The translations under genes were made by a program, and so were the position numbers. Positions 34,105 through 42,816 of a DNA stretch of 64,000 nt are shown here, piece after piece; position 1 is the first letter of the stretch; each line of letters begins with the position of its first letter. Origin of the DNA: Acidobacteriota bacterium (GTDB lineage: Bacteria; Acidobacteriota; Thermoanaerobaculia; Multivoradales; UBA5704); the NCBI GenBank assembly GCA_040349255.1, contig JBEQUE010000005.1:2746-66745 (forward strand), read 5' to 3'. The notes below the pieces were generated by a model that had not been told where the DNA came from, made no database searches, and saw only the letters and a list, made by a program, of their open reading frames with translations.

Positions 34105-36396
34105 TCAGCCTGGCGGAGAGGTTCGGCCTCCGCCGGGCTGCGAAGGCTGCCGGAGATACGACTCCGGGATCGGCGGCATCCTGAGCGTGAGATCCTGCAG
34201 AGGGAGAAGGGAACCGCGCGAGCACTGCTCGGGCGGCGGCTCCAGGCCTCTGGGAATCATGGAGTGCGCTGCGCCCCCGATGCAGACGAGATACTCGCCA
34301 GCCTCGACGTTCGGCAGAACCAGGCGGTGCGGATCGGGTTGCGCCGCTCGCTGGAACTGAGTCCAGCGAAACAGCATCCCGAGCGGGACAAAGGTCCCGT
34401 TGTGCGCGAGCAGGCCGCCCCCAAGGGTTTTGATCACCTCGCTCGTCTCGCTTCCGAAATCGATCACAAGGTTCCCTCCGGCTGTTTCCAGAGGAACCTC
34501 CAGCACGTTGCCAACGACAGCCTGTACCTTCAGCATGCGGGTGGCATATCCGGGAGCGATGACCGCCAGATGGATGACGCGCGTACCGGCAGGAAGCTTC
34601 AGCGTGAATTCTCCCGTCGGTCCGCTCACCGTTTCCATCCCGCTCGCCGCACCTGTCCCTCCCATGTCCGCATTGGCGGTGATCCGGGCACCGGGCACCG
34701 GACCTCGCGCGAAAGAGATCAGGCCGTCGATCGTCATGCGGGCCTGAAGGACGAGCCTCAGGACCGGGCTCTCGCGCTCTTCTTCGACAGCGGCCTGGAA
34801 CCAGTCGCTCTCCCTTTCGCCTTCATCGGCATGAACGAAGTGAGGTCCCGGCTGCAGTCCGCGCAACTCAAACCTACCTTCCTCGTTCGTCTGGGCATAG
34901 CTTTGCAGCGAGCGGCCAGGAGGTTTGACCATGACGGTTGCGCGAGGAACGGGCTGCCCATGCTCGTCCACGACCTCTCCCCGAAGCCGCGTGTCCGGAA
35001 TACGAAGCTCGACCGGGGCATAGCTTTTTCCCGCCGGCTTCCGGACCTCGACGGGAGGGAGTCGGAGTTGGAGCCCCTCCCGGTCCGAGACCAGTTCCAC
35101 GACCCAGATGCCCTCCTTGGGCAGCCACCCCTCGAACACACCGTGCTCGTCCGAATCAAACCGGCTCCTCGCGGGCGCCGACTTTCCTCCGAACCAGATC
35201 TCAGCCGCGAGCGGCTCGCGCCCGAGATAGATTCGTCCTCGGACCTGGACGCCTTCCAGCGAGTAGTGGAAATCCGTGCGCCCGACCGCAAGCTCCACCT
35301 CCTCCAGCAACCGTGGCCCCTCGCCGTCTTTGACAGATATACGGTAGCGGCCCGGACTCAATCCTTCCTGTTCCCAGGCGCCCTCCCGATCGGCAGTTCC
35401 CTTCAAGGAGAGGCTCTTCGCACCTTCGACGTCCGCTTTCCTTTCCAGAACGACGCCCCAGGGAGATCCTGAGGAGCTCACAGGCGGCTCGAGAGTCAAT
35501 CGGAACGTGAGTGGACGTACGAGCACCAGGGGTTCCTGGATCTGTGCCTCCAGATCGGGGCGCACCTCGATGTCGGATCGGCTGGTCTCGGCGAAACCCT
35601 CCTTGGCAACCGTGACCACCTGGATACCGGGAGGCGCTTCCAGTTGAAAAAAGCCGCGCGCATTGGTCTTCGTCTCCACAGCCATGGCCCGCAGCCCCTC
35701 GGCGCGCGAGGGCTCGGAGGGAAATCCGAGGGTCTGCGTCTGCAGACGAACCCTGGCATCCGCCACGTCCTTCAGGTCTTCCGTCCGGACCCAACCCACC
35801 ACGGAAGAGCCCGCCTTGAGCGGGATCTCTCCAAGGTCCCTTTGTTCACCGCCCCTCATCTCCACGTCCCAGAGATAGGCGGGAACATGCTTTGGGACTC
35901 GCAGCCGCAGGTCGAGGCGCCCTGCCGGCACCTTGCACCGGAAGCGGCCTGCCTCGACCGGGCATCTCGTCGCGGTCAGAGGAGCCTTCGGACCTGGGGC
36001 GGAAGGGGAGCTTTCCAGCCGAAGATCCACTTCCGTTGGAGCCATTCCACCCTGAGACGCCGCCAGGGTCCCCAGCACCATGGCGGCAGGGAACAGGCGA
36101 AGCGTCACCGAATCCAGACCCGGCTGCGGTGTGAACCATTGGGGCGCGCTCCAGAACCCGGGATCGTCCGTCACCGCCTGCCAGGCAAGGCCCTCTTCGA
36201 GCTCGACCACCATTTCCCCCGGGACAGGCAGGGAAAAAGCTCTGGGCGAAGCCGCGCCTTGAGGGAGCAGGCGCACCTTCACCAAGCCCTTGCCGTCGCC
36301 GAGGGCCTCAGCCTTGAATCGGATGCGAGCCGCCGAGGCCTCCCCCATCGACAGAAGAGACAGCACGAGGAAACTGGCGAGGCGCAGACCCTTCAT
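34105..36396 (-). CDS. Secreted carboxypeptidase-regulatory-like (prealbumin-fold) repeat protein, 763 aa
   Basis: Start taken at MKGLRLASFLVLSLLSMGEASA (signal peptide). There are several repeats of the G.V.D..G.P...A.V........T...G.F.L..L.PG.Y type (for example LRGEVVDEHGQPVPRATVMV...TNEEGRFELRGLQPGPHFV). GC is visibly lower than in flanking genes. Confidence 0.7.
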   Translation of the reverse strand: MKGLRLASFLVLSLLSMGEASAARIRFKAEALGDGKGLVKVRLLPQGAASPRAFSLPVPGEMVVELEEGLAWQAVTDDPGFWSAPQWFTPQPGLDSVTLRLFPAAMVLGTLAASQGGMAPTEVDLRLESSPSAPGPKAPLTATRCPVEAGRFRCKVPAGRLDLRLRVPKHVPAYLWDVEMRGGEQRDLGEIPLKAGSSVVGWVRTEDLKDVADARVRLQTQTLGFPSEPSRAEGLRAMAVETKTNARGFFQLEAPPGIQVVTVAKEGFAETSRSDIEVRPDLEAQIQEPLVLVRPLTFRLTLEPPVSSSGSPWGVVLERKADVEGAKSLSLKGTADREGAWEQEGLSPGRYRISVKDGEGPRLLEEVELAVGRTDFHYSLEGVQVRGRIYLGREPLAAEIWFGGKSAPARSRFDSDEHGVFEGWLPKEGIWVVELVSDREGLQLRLPPVEVRKPAGKSYAPVELRIPDTRLRGEVVDEHGQPVPRATVMVKPPGRSLQSYAQTNEEGRFELRGLQPGPHFVHADEGERESDWFQAAVEEERESPVLRLVLQARMTIDGLISFARGPVPGARITANADMGGTGAASGMETVSGPTGEFTLKLPAGTRVIHLAVIAPGYATRMLKVQAVVGNVLEVPLETAGGNLVIDFGSETSEVIKTLGGGLLAHNGTFVPLGMLFRWTQFQRAAQPDPHRLVLPNVEAGEYLVCIGGAAHSMIPRGLEPPPEQCSRGSLLPLQDLTLRMPPIPESYLRQPSQPGGGRTSPPG

Positions 36397-36692
36397 CAGG
36401 GAGCGACCGTTGCCAGGGGCTCGCGAGGGAGATTGAGGTTGTCTTGCGGCGCCAGAGAGGTCCACTGACACCAGAATGAAACGTAACAACCTTCGTCCGT
36501 TGTTTCGCGGCAGTTTTCCCAGCACTCACTGCAGAACGTATTGGTCCACTGGCACCTGTAGACCGGAATGCATCCCATGGCTTCGCTACAGACCTGGCCG
36601 GCGGGACTGCACTCCATGCAAGCTTCAGCAGGAAGCGCTGACACGATGGAGACGAAAAGAAAGAGCCCGATGACAAACCCTGTTCTCTTCAT
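36396..36692 (-). CDS. Small secreted cysteine-rich protein (98 aa, 10 Cys in the mature region)
   Basis: Signal peptide MKRTGFVIGLFLFVSIVSALPAEA, then CMECSPAGQVCSEAMGCIPVYRCQWTNTFCSECWENCRETTDEGCYVSFWCQW. An SD-like AAAGGTAGGG precedes the ATG. Its stop overlaps the ATG of the next gene (TGATG). Confidence 0.6.
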   Translation of the reverse strand: MKRTGFVIGLFLFVSIVSALPAEACMECSPAGQVCSEAMGCIPVYRCQWTNTFCSECWENCRETTDEGCYVSFWCQWTSLAPQDNLNLPREPLATVAP

Positions 36693-36734
36693 GGATCCCT
36701 ACCTTTCCAAAGAAACCAGGTGTCGGCAACCCTC

Positions 36735-37397
36735 CTACGGCAGACCGGGCGCCAGCCGGGACGCGCCCGAGTAGAGCAGCACGGCGAAGAAGTGGCAGAC
36801 GCTGCCACCGATCACGAACAGGTGCCAGACGAGGTGGGCGTAGCGCAACCGGTGCCAGGCGAAGAAGATCACGCCCAGGCTGTAGCTCACGCCTCCGGCC
36901 AGCAGCCAGAGAACGCCGGCGGGCGGCACGTGCGTGGTCAGCGGCTCGATGGCGATCAGCACCAGCCAGCCCATCACCAGGTAGAAGGCCGCGGAGGTCT
37001 TCGGGTACCGGAACCCGAGCGTCGCCTTGAACACGATCCCGCCCACCGCGAGCACCCAGATCGAAACCAGGAGCATCCAGCCCCACGGCCCGCGCAACGC
37101 TCCCAGGGTGAACGGCGTGTAGGTGCCGGCGATGAGCAGATAGATCGCCGAGTGGTCGATCACCCGCCAGCGGCTCTTGTGCGGCGACGGCAGGGGCAGC
37201 GCGTGGTAGACGGTCGAGGCCGCGTAGAGCAGCACCAGCATGGCGCCGAACACCGCGCCGCCGACCACCTGCCAGGGGTCATTGCGCTCGATCGCGCCGG
37301 CCACCAGCACCGGCAGCGCCGCGAGGCTTGCGAGGAGCCCGAGCCCGTGGCTGATGCTGCAGGCCAGCTCTTCCCCCGGCGTGAGAGGTCGCCTCAT
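36735..37397 (-). CDS. Hemolysin III / PAQR-family membrane protein
   Basis: Seven predicted TM helices. Motifs EELACSISHGLG, YAASTVYHAL, DHSAIYLLIAGTYTPF and HLVWHLFVIGGSVCHF. Confidence 0.9.
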   Translation of the reverse strand: MRRPLTPGEELACSISHGLGLLASLAALPVLVAGAIERNDPWQVVGGAVFGAMLVLLYAASTVYHALPLPSPHKSRWRVIDHSAIYLLIAGTYTPFTLGALRGPWGWMLLVSIWVLAVGGIVFKATLGFRYPKTSAAFYLVMGWLVLIAIEPLTTHVPPAGVLWLLAGGVSYSLGVIFFAWHRLRYAHLVWHLFVIGGSVCHFFAVLLYSGASRLAPGLP

Positions 37398-37418
37398 CCC
37401 GGGGACGGTAGCACGAAA

Positions 37419-38132
37419 TCACCCGGGCGGATCGCCGACCGGCTCCTCCGGCGTCGTCCGGAGATCCTCCATCAGGCCGAGCACGGTGCGGGTCAGCGGC
37501 CGGAGGATCGGCAGCTTCGCGAGCGCGATCAGCCGGACCACCAGCGTCACCGTGCGGTCGATCAGGCGGTAGGTCCGCGCGCAGTCCGGCGACTGGTCGT
37601 GGATCCAGAAGAGAACCATCCCCATCTGGTACATCCAGAGCAGGTTCGGCAGCTCGGCCGCGAGCTCCGCATGGCCGATCCGGAGACTCGAGCCTTCCAG
37701 CACCTCCGCGAACAGCGCCGTCGACCTCTCGCGCAGCGGCCGGGACTCCTCGCTGAACGGGTTCAGCATGTTGCGCGGGTCGGCCGCGGTGCGGAAGAGG
37801 ACGCCCGAGAGCCGGTGGTACGGCATGGCCGTGGCGATCTTCTTCTGCAGCACGCCGCGGAGGCGCGCCGCGAAGTCCCGCTCGGACTCCAGGATCTCCC
37901 GGCAGGCTTCCAGGTGCTCCTCGTGCGAGCGCTCGTAGAACGCCTGGACCAGGTGCTCCTTCGCGCGGAAGTAGTAGTAGGCGTTCCCGACCGAGAGACC
38001 GGCCGCCTCGGCGATGACCCGCATCGTGGTCTCCTCGAAGCCGCGCTCCCGGAACAGCCCGAGCGAGGTGTCGAGGATCTGGGCGCGCGTCTGCTCGCCC
38101 TTGCGGGTCTTGAATGCGATCGTGCCGGTCAA
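37419..38132 (-). CDS. TetR-family transcriptional regulator
   Basis: N-terminal HTH RAQILDTSLGLFRERGFEETTMRVIAEAAGLSVGNAYYYFRAKEHLV. Confidence 0.9.
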   Translation of the reverse strand: MTGTIAFKTRKGEQTRAQILDTSLGLFRERGFEETTMRVIAEAAGLSVGNAYYYFRAKEHLVQAFYERSHEEHLEACREILESERDFAARLRGVLQKKIATAMPYHRLSGVLFRTAADPRNMLNPFSEESRPLRERSTALFAEVLEGSSLRIGHAELAAELPNLLWMYQMGMVLFWIHDQSPDCARTYRLIDRTVTLVVRLIALAKLPILRPLTRTVLGLMEDLRTTPEEPVGDPPG

Positions 38133-38215
38133 CGGTCTCTCCAGTGGGTCAGGGTGAAACAGATCCGGGCCAGGAAGACCCGGAGGCCTTCCCGACCCGG
38201 AACGGTTTGCTCAGG

Positions 38216-39772
38216 TCACTTGCAGGTCTTACCGCCGGCAGGGCCCTTGCAGCTGTTCGAGCAGCACTGGCTGTTGGTGGTGCAGCTCGAGCCCGTGGCG
38301 CCGCAGCCGCCACCGCCGCCCGGGTTCAGGAAGGCGGCCAGGTTCGGGTACGACACCGCGAACGCGCCGTCGACCGTCGCGTTGGCGGCGGCGTTGCAGA
38401 CGTTGTTGACGTCGGTGCCGCAGGCGCCGTAGAGCTGGCCGACGATCTGGCCGGCGCTGTTGACGACCGGCGAGCCGGAGCTGCCACCCTCGGTGGCGCC
38501 CACGGTGTCACGGCTGTAGATGAAGTTGCCGCGGTTCAGCGTGCGGCAGGTTCCCTTGCTGGTATCGACCACGCCTTCGGAATAGGCCTGCGGAGAGCCC
38601 TTCGGGTGGCTGATGCGATAGAGGCCCAGGTTGTTGGTGTTGGCGACCGGCGTGCTCAGCCAGCCCAGGTAGGTGGTGATGCCGTCCGTCGACACCGGCG
38701 TGGACGCGAGTTGCACCAGGGTGTAGTCGGAGGTCGAGCCGCTCGCCTTGATCGTCGAGCCGACCGTGTCGCCGGCGTTGTTGTAGGGCTGCGTGCAGTT
38801 CGGGTTGCTGCAGGTGGTCTCGTAGTCGAAGTAGGTCTCCAGGCTGGCGGCCTCGCCGCTGGAGCTGATGCAGTGGTGGGCGGTCAGGAGGTAAGGGATC
38901 ACCGTGGCGGTGACCGTGTCCGCGATCAGGCCGCCGGTGCAGATGTAGAACGAGGCGCCGGACTGGAACAGGAGGCCGGCGATCGCGTCCTTGGCGGTGG
39001 CGACCACGGGGCTCGACTGGCAGGCCGCGTTGACCACGCAGTTGGCGTTGGTCGCGCAAAGGTTGCTGGCCTGGCCGATGAGACCCTTCATGCCGTCGTC
39101 GAAGAAGCCCTTCTCGCCGTAGCGCGGTGCCACGAAGCGCTCACCCATCACGCCGACCTCGGCGATCGTCATGCGCGGAGCGCTATCGGCATCGGCCGGC
39201 GAGTGGACCTGGACCAGGAGCTCCTGGCCGAAGACCGTGTTGGTGTGGACCTCGCCATTGCCAAGCGGGCCGCGGCCCGTGTACGGACCGAACGCCTGGC
39301 CAGCCAGGTTGTAGACGTACATCTCGGCACCGGCCGGCAGGTCGACGCCCGTCAGGTGCAGGCGCAGAGCGGTGGCGCCGGCGACCTTCACCGAGGCCGT
39401 CCAGACGAAGCCGCCGTCATTCGTGGCGCGGGTGGCGCCGACGTTCGCCCGGGTGAAGTCGACCGCGACGCCGACCGGCTTGGCCACGCCGACGAAGTAC
39501 TTCTGCTCGACATTGCCCGTCTCGTTGATCCGGTGGCGCTCGGCGTTCGTGAGCTCGACCATGACCGGAGCCTTCTGCGCCTGCGCGACCCGGCCGGCGG
39601 CCAGGTGCTGCTGGAGTGCCCTCATCTCTTCGGCGCGGGCGCCGGGGTCCCGCGGTGTGCCCACCGTCTCCGGGCTCGCCTGAGCGCCGAAAATGGCGTC
39701 GAGCGAGGCGGCGGATCCGGGAAGCGCCGACATGCACAGGGCGATCGCTGCACAACAGACCATTCTCTTCAT
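38216..39772 (-). CDS. Secreted trypsin-like (S1 family, lysyl-endopeptidase-like) serine protease with C-terminal 6-Cys knottin-like module
   Basis: Start at MKRMVCCAAIALCMSALPGSAAS (39772), preceded by AAGGAG. Catalytic His in LLTAHHC and Ser in TEGGSSGSPV. The tail is GGGGGCGATGSSCTTNSQCCSNSCKGPAGGKTCK. Confidence 0.8.
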   Translation of the reverse strand: MKRMVCCAAIALCMSALPGSAASLDAIFGAQASPETVGTPRDPGARAEEMRALQQHLAAGRVAQAQKAPVMVELTNAERHRINETGNVEQKYFVGVAKPVGVAVDFTRANVGATRATNDGGFVWTASVKVAGATALRLHLTGVDLPAGAEMYVYNLAGQAFGPYTGRGPLGNGEVHTNTVFGQELLVQVHSPADADSAPRMTIAEVGVMGERFVAPRYGEKGFFDDGMKGLIGQASNLCATNANCVVNAACQSSPVVATAKDAIAGLLFQSGASFYICTGGLIADTVTATVIPYLLTAHHCISSSGEAASLETYFDYETTCSNPNCTQPYNNAGDTVGSTIKASGSTSDYTLVQLASTPVSTDGITTYLGWLSTPVANTNNLGLYRISHPKGSPQAYSEGVVDTSKGTCRTLNRGNFIYSRDTVGATEGGSSGSPVVNSAGQIVGQLYGACGTDVNNVCNAAANATVDGAFAVSYPNLAAFLNPGGGGGCGATGSSCTTNSQCCSNSCKGPAGGKTCK

Positions 39773-39970
39773 GAATTCTCCTTGTCCCCCGATGCGAGGA
39801 ATCACTGTCCGATCCGACTTCTCCGAATGGACGGCCAGCCCCAGCGCAATGAGCGTGCCCGCAGGACCCGCTTTGAGCACGAAAAATGAAACCCCTTTAA
39901 AACAAAGGCTTTTTGAATATGGAAACCTCATCCGCCCCGGATCAAGTCCGGGTCAAGTCCTGCGCAGGGC

Positions 39971-40004
39971 TCAGCTTCTGACCCGGGAAATGGTCAGAAG
40001 TTGA
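39971..40004. promoter_or_regulatory. Long inverted repeat / hairpin in the protease-res divergent intergenic region
   Basis: TCAGCTTCTGACC (39971-39983) pairs with GGTCAGAAGTTGA (39992-40004). This gives a 13-bp stem with one G-T pair and an 8-nt loop, 89 nt upstream of the res ATG. Confidence 0.35.
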
Positions 40005-40092
40005 CCCGCTCGCTCCGTCGATCCGCCCCTGCTCCCGGAGCCGGACTCCGGAGGCCGCCGCCTCCCGCTCATGCTAGGCTCCGTGCTCCGAC

Positions 40093-42816
40093 ATGGCCCT
40101 GCACCCCGGATTTCCCTCTTCACCCTACGACCTGCTGATCCCCGAGCACCGCTGGTTTCCGGCCGCCGAGGAGCTCCGGGCGACCGCCTACGAGAAGCTC
40201 CTGCCGCCGCTCGTGGCCCGGATCCGGACGGAGGTCGCGTCCTGGCGCGCCGCCGGGTACGCCGGCGCGTCCGCGACCTCGCGCGCCCTGCTCGCCTGGT
40301 GGTTCGAGCGCGAGCACCGGACCGAAGGGCCCGGAGGCGCGCAGAGCCTGTTCCGCTACTACTTCGCGCAGCGCGAGGCGGTCGAGACGGTCGTCTGGCT
40401 CCACGACGTCCGCGGCGTGCGCGACAGGTTCGACCTCCTGCGCTTCGACGCCTCGGGCGCCGTCTCCACCGGGATGTTCGACGAGGAGTGGCCGCGCTAC
40501 GTCGTCAAGATGGCCACGGGCGCGGGCAAGACCAAGGTCCTCGCGCTGCTCCTCGCCTGGAGCTACTTCCACCGGCTCTACGAGCCCGCCTCGACGCTGG
40601 CCCGGAACTTCCTCGTCATCGCGCCGAACATCATTGTCCTCGACCGCCTGCGCACCGACTTCGACGGCCTGCGGATCTTCTTCCGCGACCCCGTTCTGCC
40701 GCCGAACGGCTACGAGGGCAGGAGCTGGAGCGAAGACTTCCAGGTGGCGCTCCACCTGCAGGACGACGCGCGGGTGCTCCGGCCGACCGGCAATCTCTTC
40801 CTGACCAACATCCACCGCGTCTTCCTCGGCGACACCGCCGAGCCTTCGCCCGAGGACGACGACCTGCGCGACTACTTCCTCGCCCCGTTCGGACCGAAAC
40901 CCGTCGGCAAGACCTCCGACAGCCGGACCGACCTCGGCGAGATCGTCCGCGAGATCGACGAGCTGGCGATCTTCAACGACGAGGCCCATCACATCCACGA
41001 CGCCCGGCTCGCCTGGTTCCGGAGCCTCCAGGACATCCATCACCGCATGCTCCAGCGCGGCCGCTCCCTGTCGCTGCAGCTCGACCTGACGGCCACGCCG
41101 CGGCACGACAACGGCGCGATCTTCGTCCAGACCGTCTCCGACTACCCGCTGGTCGAAGCCATCCACCAGAACGTCGTGAAACACCCCGTACTGCCGGACG
41201 GCCCGAGCCGGGCGCGGCTCCACGAGCGGAAGAGCGCCATCTTCACCGAACGGTACGCCGACTACCTCGCTCTCGGCGTCGAGGAATGGCGCAAGAGTTA
41301 CGCCGAGCACGAGGCGCTCGGGAAGAAGGCGGTCCTCTTCGTGATGGTCGACGACACCCGCAACTGCGACGAGGTCGGCGCCTACCTGGAACGGATCTGC
41401 CCCGAGCTCCAGGAAGCCGTCCTGGTCATTCACACCAAAAACAACGGCGAGATCTCCGAGTCCGCCTCCGGCAAGAGCGTCGAGGAGCTGGACAGGCTCC
41501 GGCGAGCGGCCCATCAGATCGATACCTGGCAGAGCCCGTACAGGGCCATCGTGTCGGTGCTCGTGCTTAAGGAAGGCTGGGACGTCCGCAACGTGACCAC
41601 CATCGTGGGGCTCCGGGCCTACAGCTCGAAGAGCAAGATCCTCCCGGAGCAGACCCTGGGCCGCGGGCTCCGGCGGATGTACTTCGGCAGCGGGGCCCCG
41701 GAGACCGTCTCGGTCCTCGGCACGCCCGCGTTCATGGATTTCGTCGAATCCATCCAGACCGAGGGCGTGGTCTTCGAACGCGTGCCGATGGGCCCGGGGG
41801 CCGACCGGGCGGAGTCCCTGATCGTCGAGATCGATCCCGACAAGACAAAGGATTTCGAAGCGCTCGACATCTTCCTGCCCCGCCTGACCCGCCGCTACCA
41901 TCGCGCGTTCAAGGATCTCGATGCCCTGGACCCGGCGGACCTGGGCAATCCCCGGCTGGCCTTGAAGCCGTTCCGGCCCGAGGAGACGCGGGAGATCGTG
42001 TTCAGGACCATGCTCGAAGGAGAGGTCCATCACACCCTCCGCCTGGAAGGCTCCGGGCCGGCGGACTACCGCTCGGTGGTCGCCTTCTTCGCCCGGCAAC
42101 TGCTGCGGGAGATGCGGCTCGTCGGCGGCTACGACGCGCTCTACGGCCAGGTGAAGCGCTTCCTGCGCGACCACCTGTTCGAGGGCGGGCCCGCCGACCT
42201 CGAGGACCCGGTCGTGCTGCGGAACCTGTCCGAGCCCGAGCCGGGCAAGATCCTCTTAGACGCCTTCCGGAAAGCGATCAACGCGCTCACGCTGGAGGAG
42301 CGCGGCAGCGCCGCGGTCGAGGACTGGATCCGGGTCCGCGACACCCGCCCGTTCCGCACCGAGCCGCGGCCGTATCTCGTCCCGCGAAGGTCGCTCTTCA
42401 CGAAGATCGTCGGCGAGCCGCGCGCCGGCGGGCTGGAGCTCGAATTCGCCGCCTTCCTCGACCGCGCGCCCGGCGTGGCGGCCTTCGCCAAGAACTATTT
42501 CGCGGTCGGCTTCCAGCTCGACTACGTCAAGGCAAACGGCGACCTGTCGAGCTACGTGCCGGACTTCCTGGTCAGGACCGAGGACGGGACGGTCTTCGTG
42601 ATCGAGACCAAGGGCCGCGAGGAGATCGATCTGCCTCCGAAGATGAGGCGCCTGCGCCAGTGGTGCGCCGACGCCACTGGGGCCAGCCGGGCTGCCGGTG
42701 GCCCGGACTATCGCTTCGTCTACGTCGACCAGGCCGGCTTCCAGTCGCATCGGCCCGCGACCTTCGCCGGCCTGGTCGAAACCTTTCGGGAGTACCAGGG
42801 GGAGTACCAGGAATGA
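40093..42816 (+). CDS. res: Type III restriction enzyme Res subunit (SF2 helicase + PD-(D/E)xK nuclease)
   Basis: Walker A KMATGAGKTKV, DEAH box IFNDEAHHI, helicase C motifs (VLKEGWDVRNV), and a C-terminal nuclease motif SYVPDFLVRTEDGTVFVIETKGRE. Confidence 0.9.
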   Translation: MALHPGFPSSPYDLLIPEHRWFPAAEELRATAYEKLLPPLVARIRTEVASWRAAGYAGASATSRALLAWWFEREHRTEGPGGAQSLFRYYFAQREAVETVVWLHDVRGVRDRFDLLRFDASGAVSTGMFDEEWPRYVVKMATGAGKTKVLALLLAWSYFHRLYEPASTLARNFLVIAPNIIVLDRLRTDFDGLRIFFRDPVLPPNGYEGRSWSEDFQVALHLQDDARVLRPTGNLFLTNIHRVFLGDTAEPSPEDDDLRDYFLAPFGPKPVGKTSDSRTDLGEIVREIDELAIFNDEAHHIHDARLAWFRSLQDIHHRMLQRGRSLSLQLDLTATPRHDNGAIFVQTVSDYPLVEAIHQNVVKHPVLPDGPSRARLHERKSAIFTERYADYLALGVEEWRKSYAEHEALGKKAVLFVMVDDTRNCDEVGAYLERICPELQEAVLVIHTKNNGEISESASGKSVEELDRLRRAAHQIDTWQSPYRAIVSVLVLKEGWDVRNVTTIVGLRAYSSKSKILPEQTLGRGLRRMYFGSGAPETVSVLGTPAFMDFVESIQTEGVVFERVPMGPGADRAESLIVEIDPDKTKDFEALDIFLPRLTRRYHRAFKDLDALDPADLGNPRLALKPFRPEETREIVFRTMLEGEVHHTLRLEGSGPADYRSVVAFFARQLLREMRLVGGYDALYGQVKRFLRDHLFEGGPADLEDPVVLRNLSEPEPGKILLDAFRKAINALTLEERGSAAVEDWIRVRDTRPFRTEPRPYLVPRRSLFTKIVGEPRAGGLELEFAAFLDRAPGVAAFAKNYFAVGFQLDYVKANGDLSSYVPDFLVRTEDGTVFVIETKGREEIDLPPKMRRLRQWCADATGASRAAGGPDYRFVYVDQAGFQSHRPATFAGLVETFREYQGEYQE

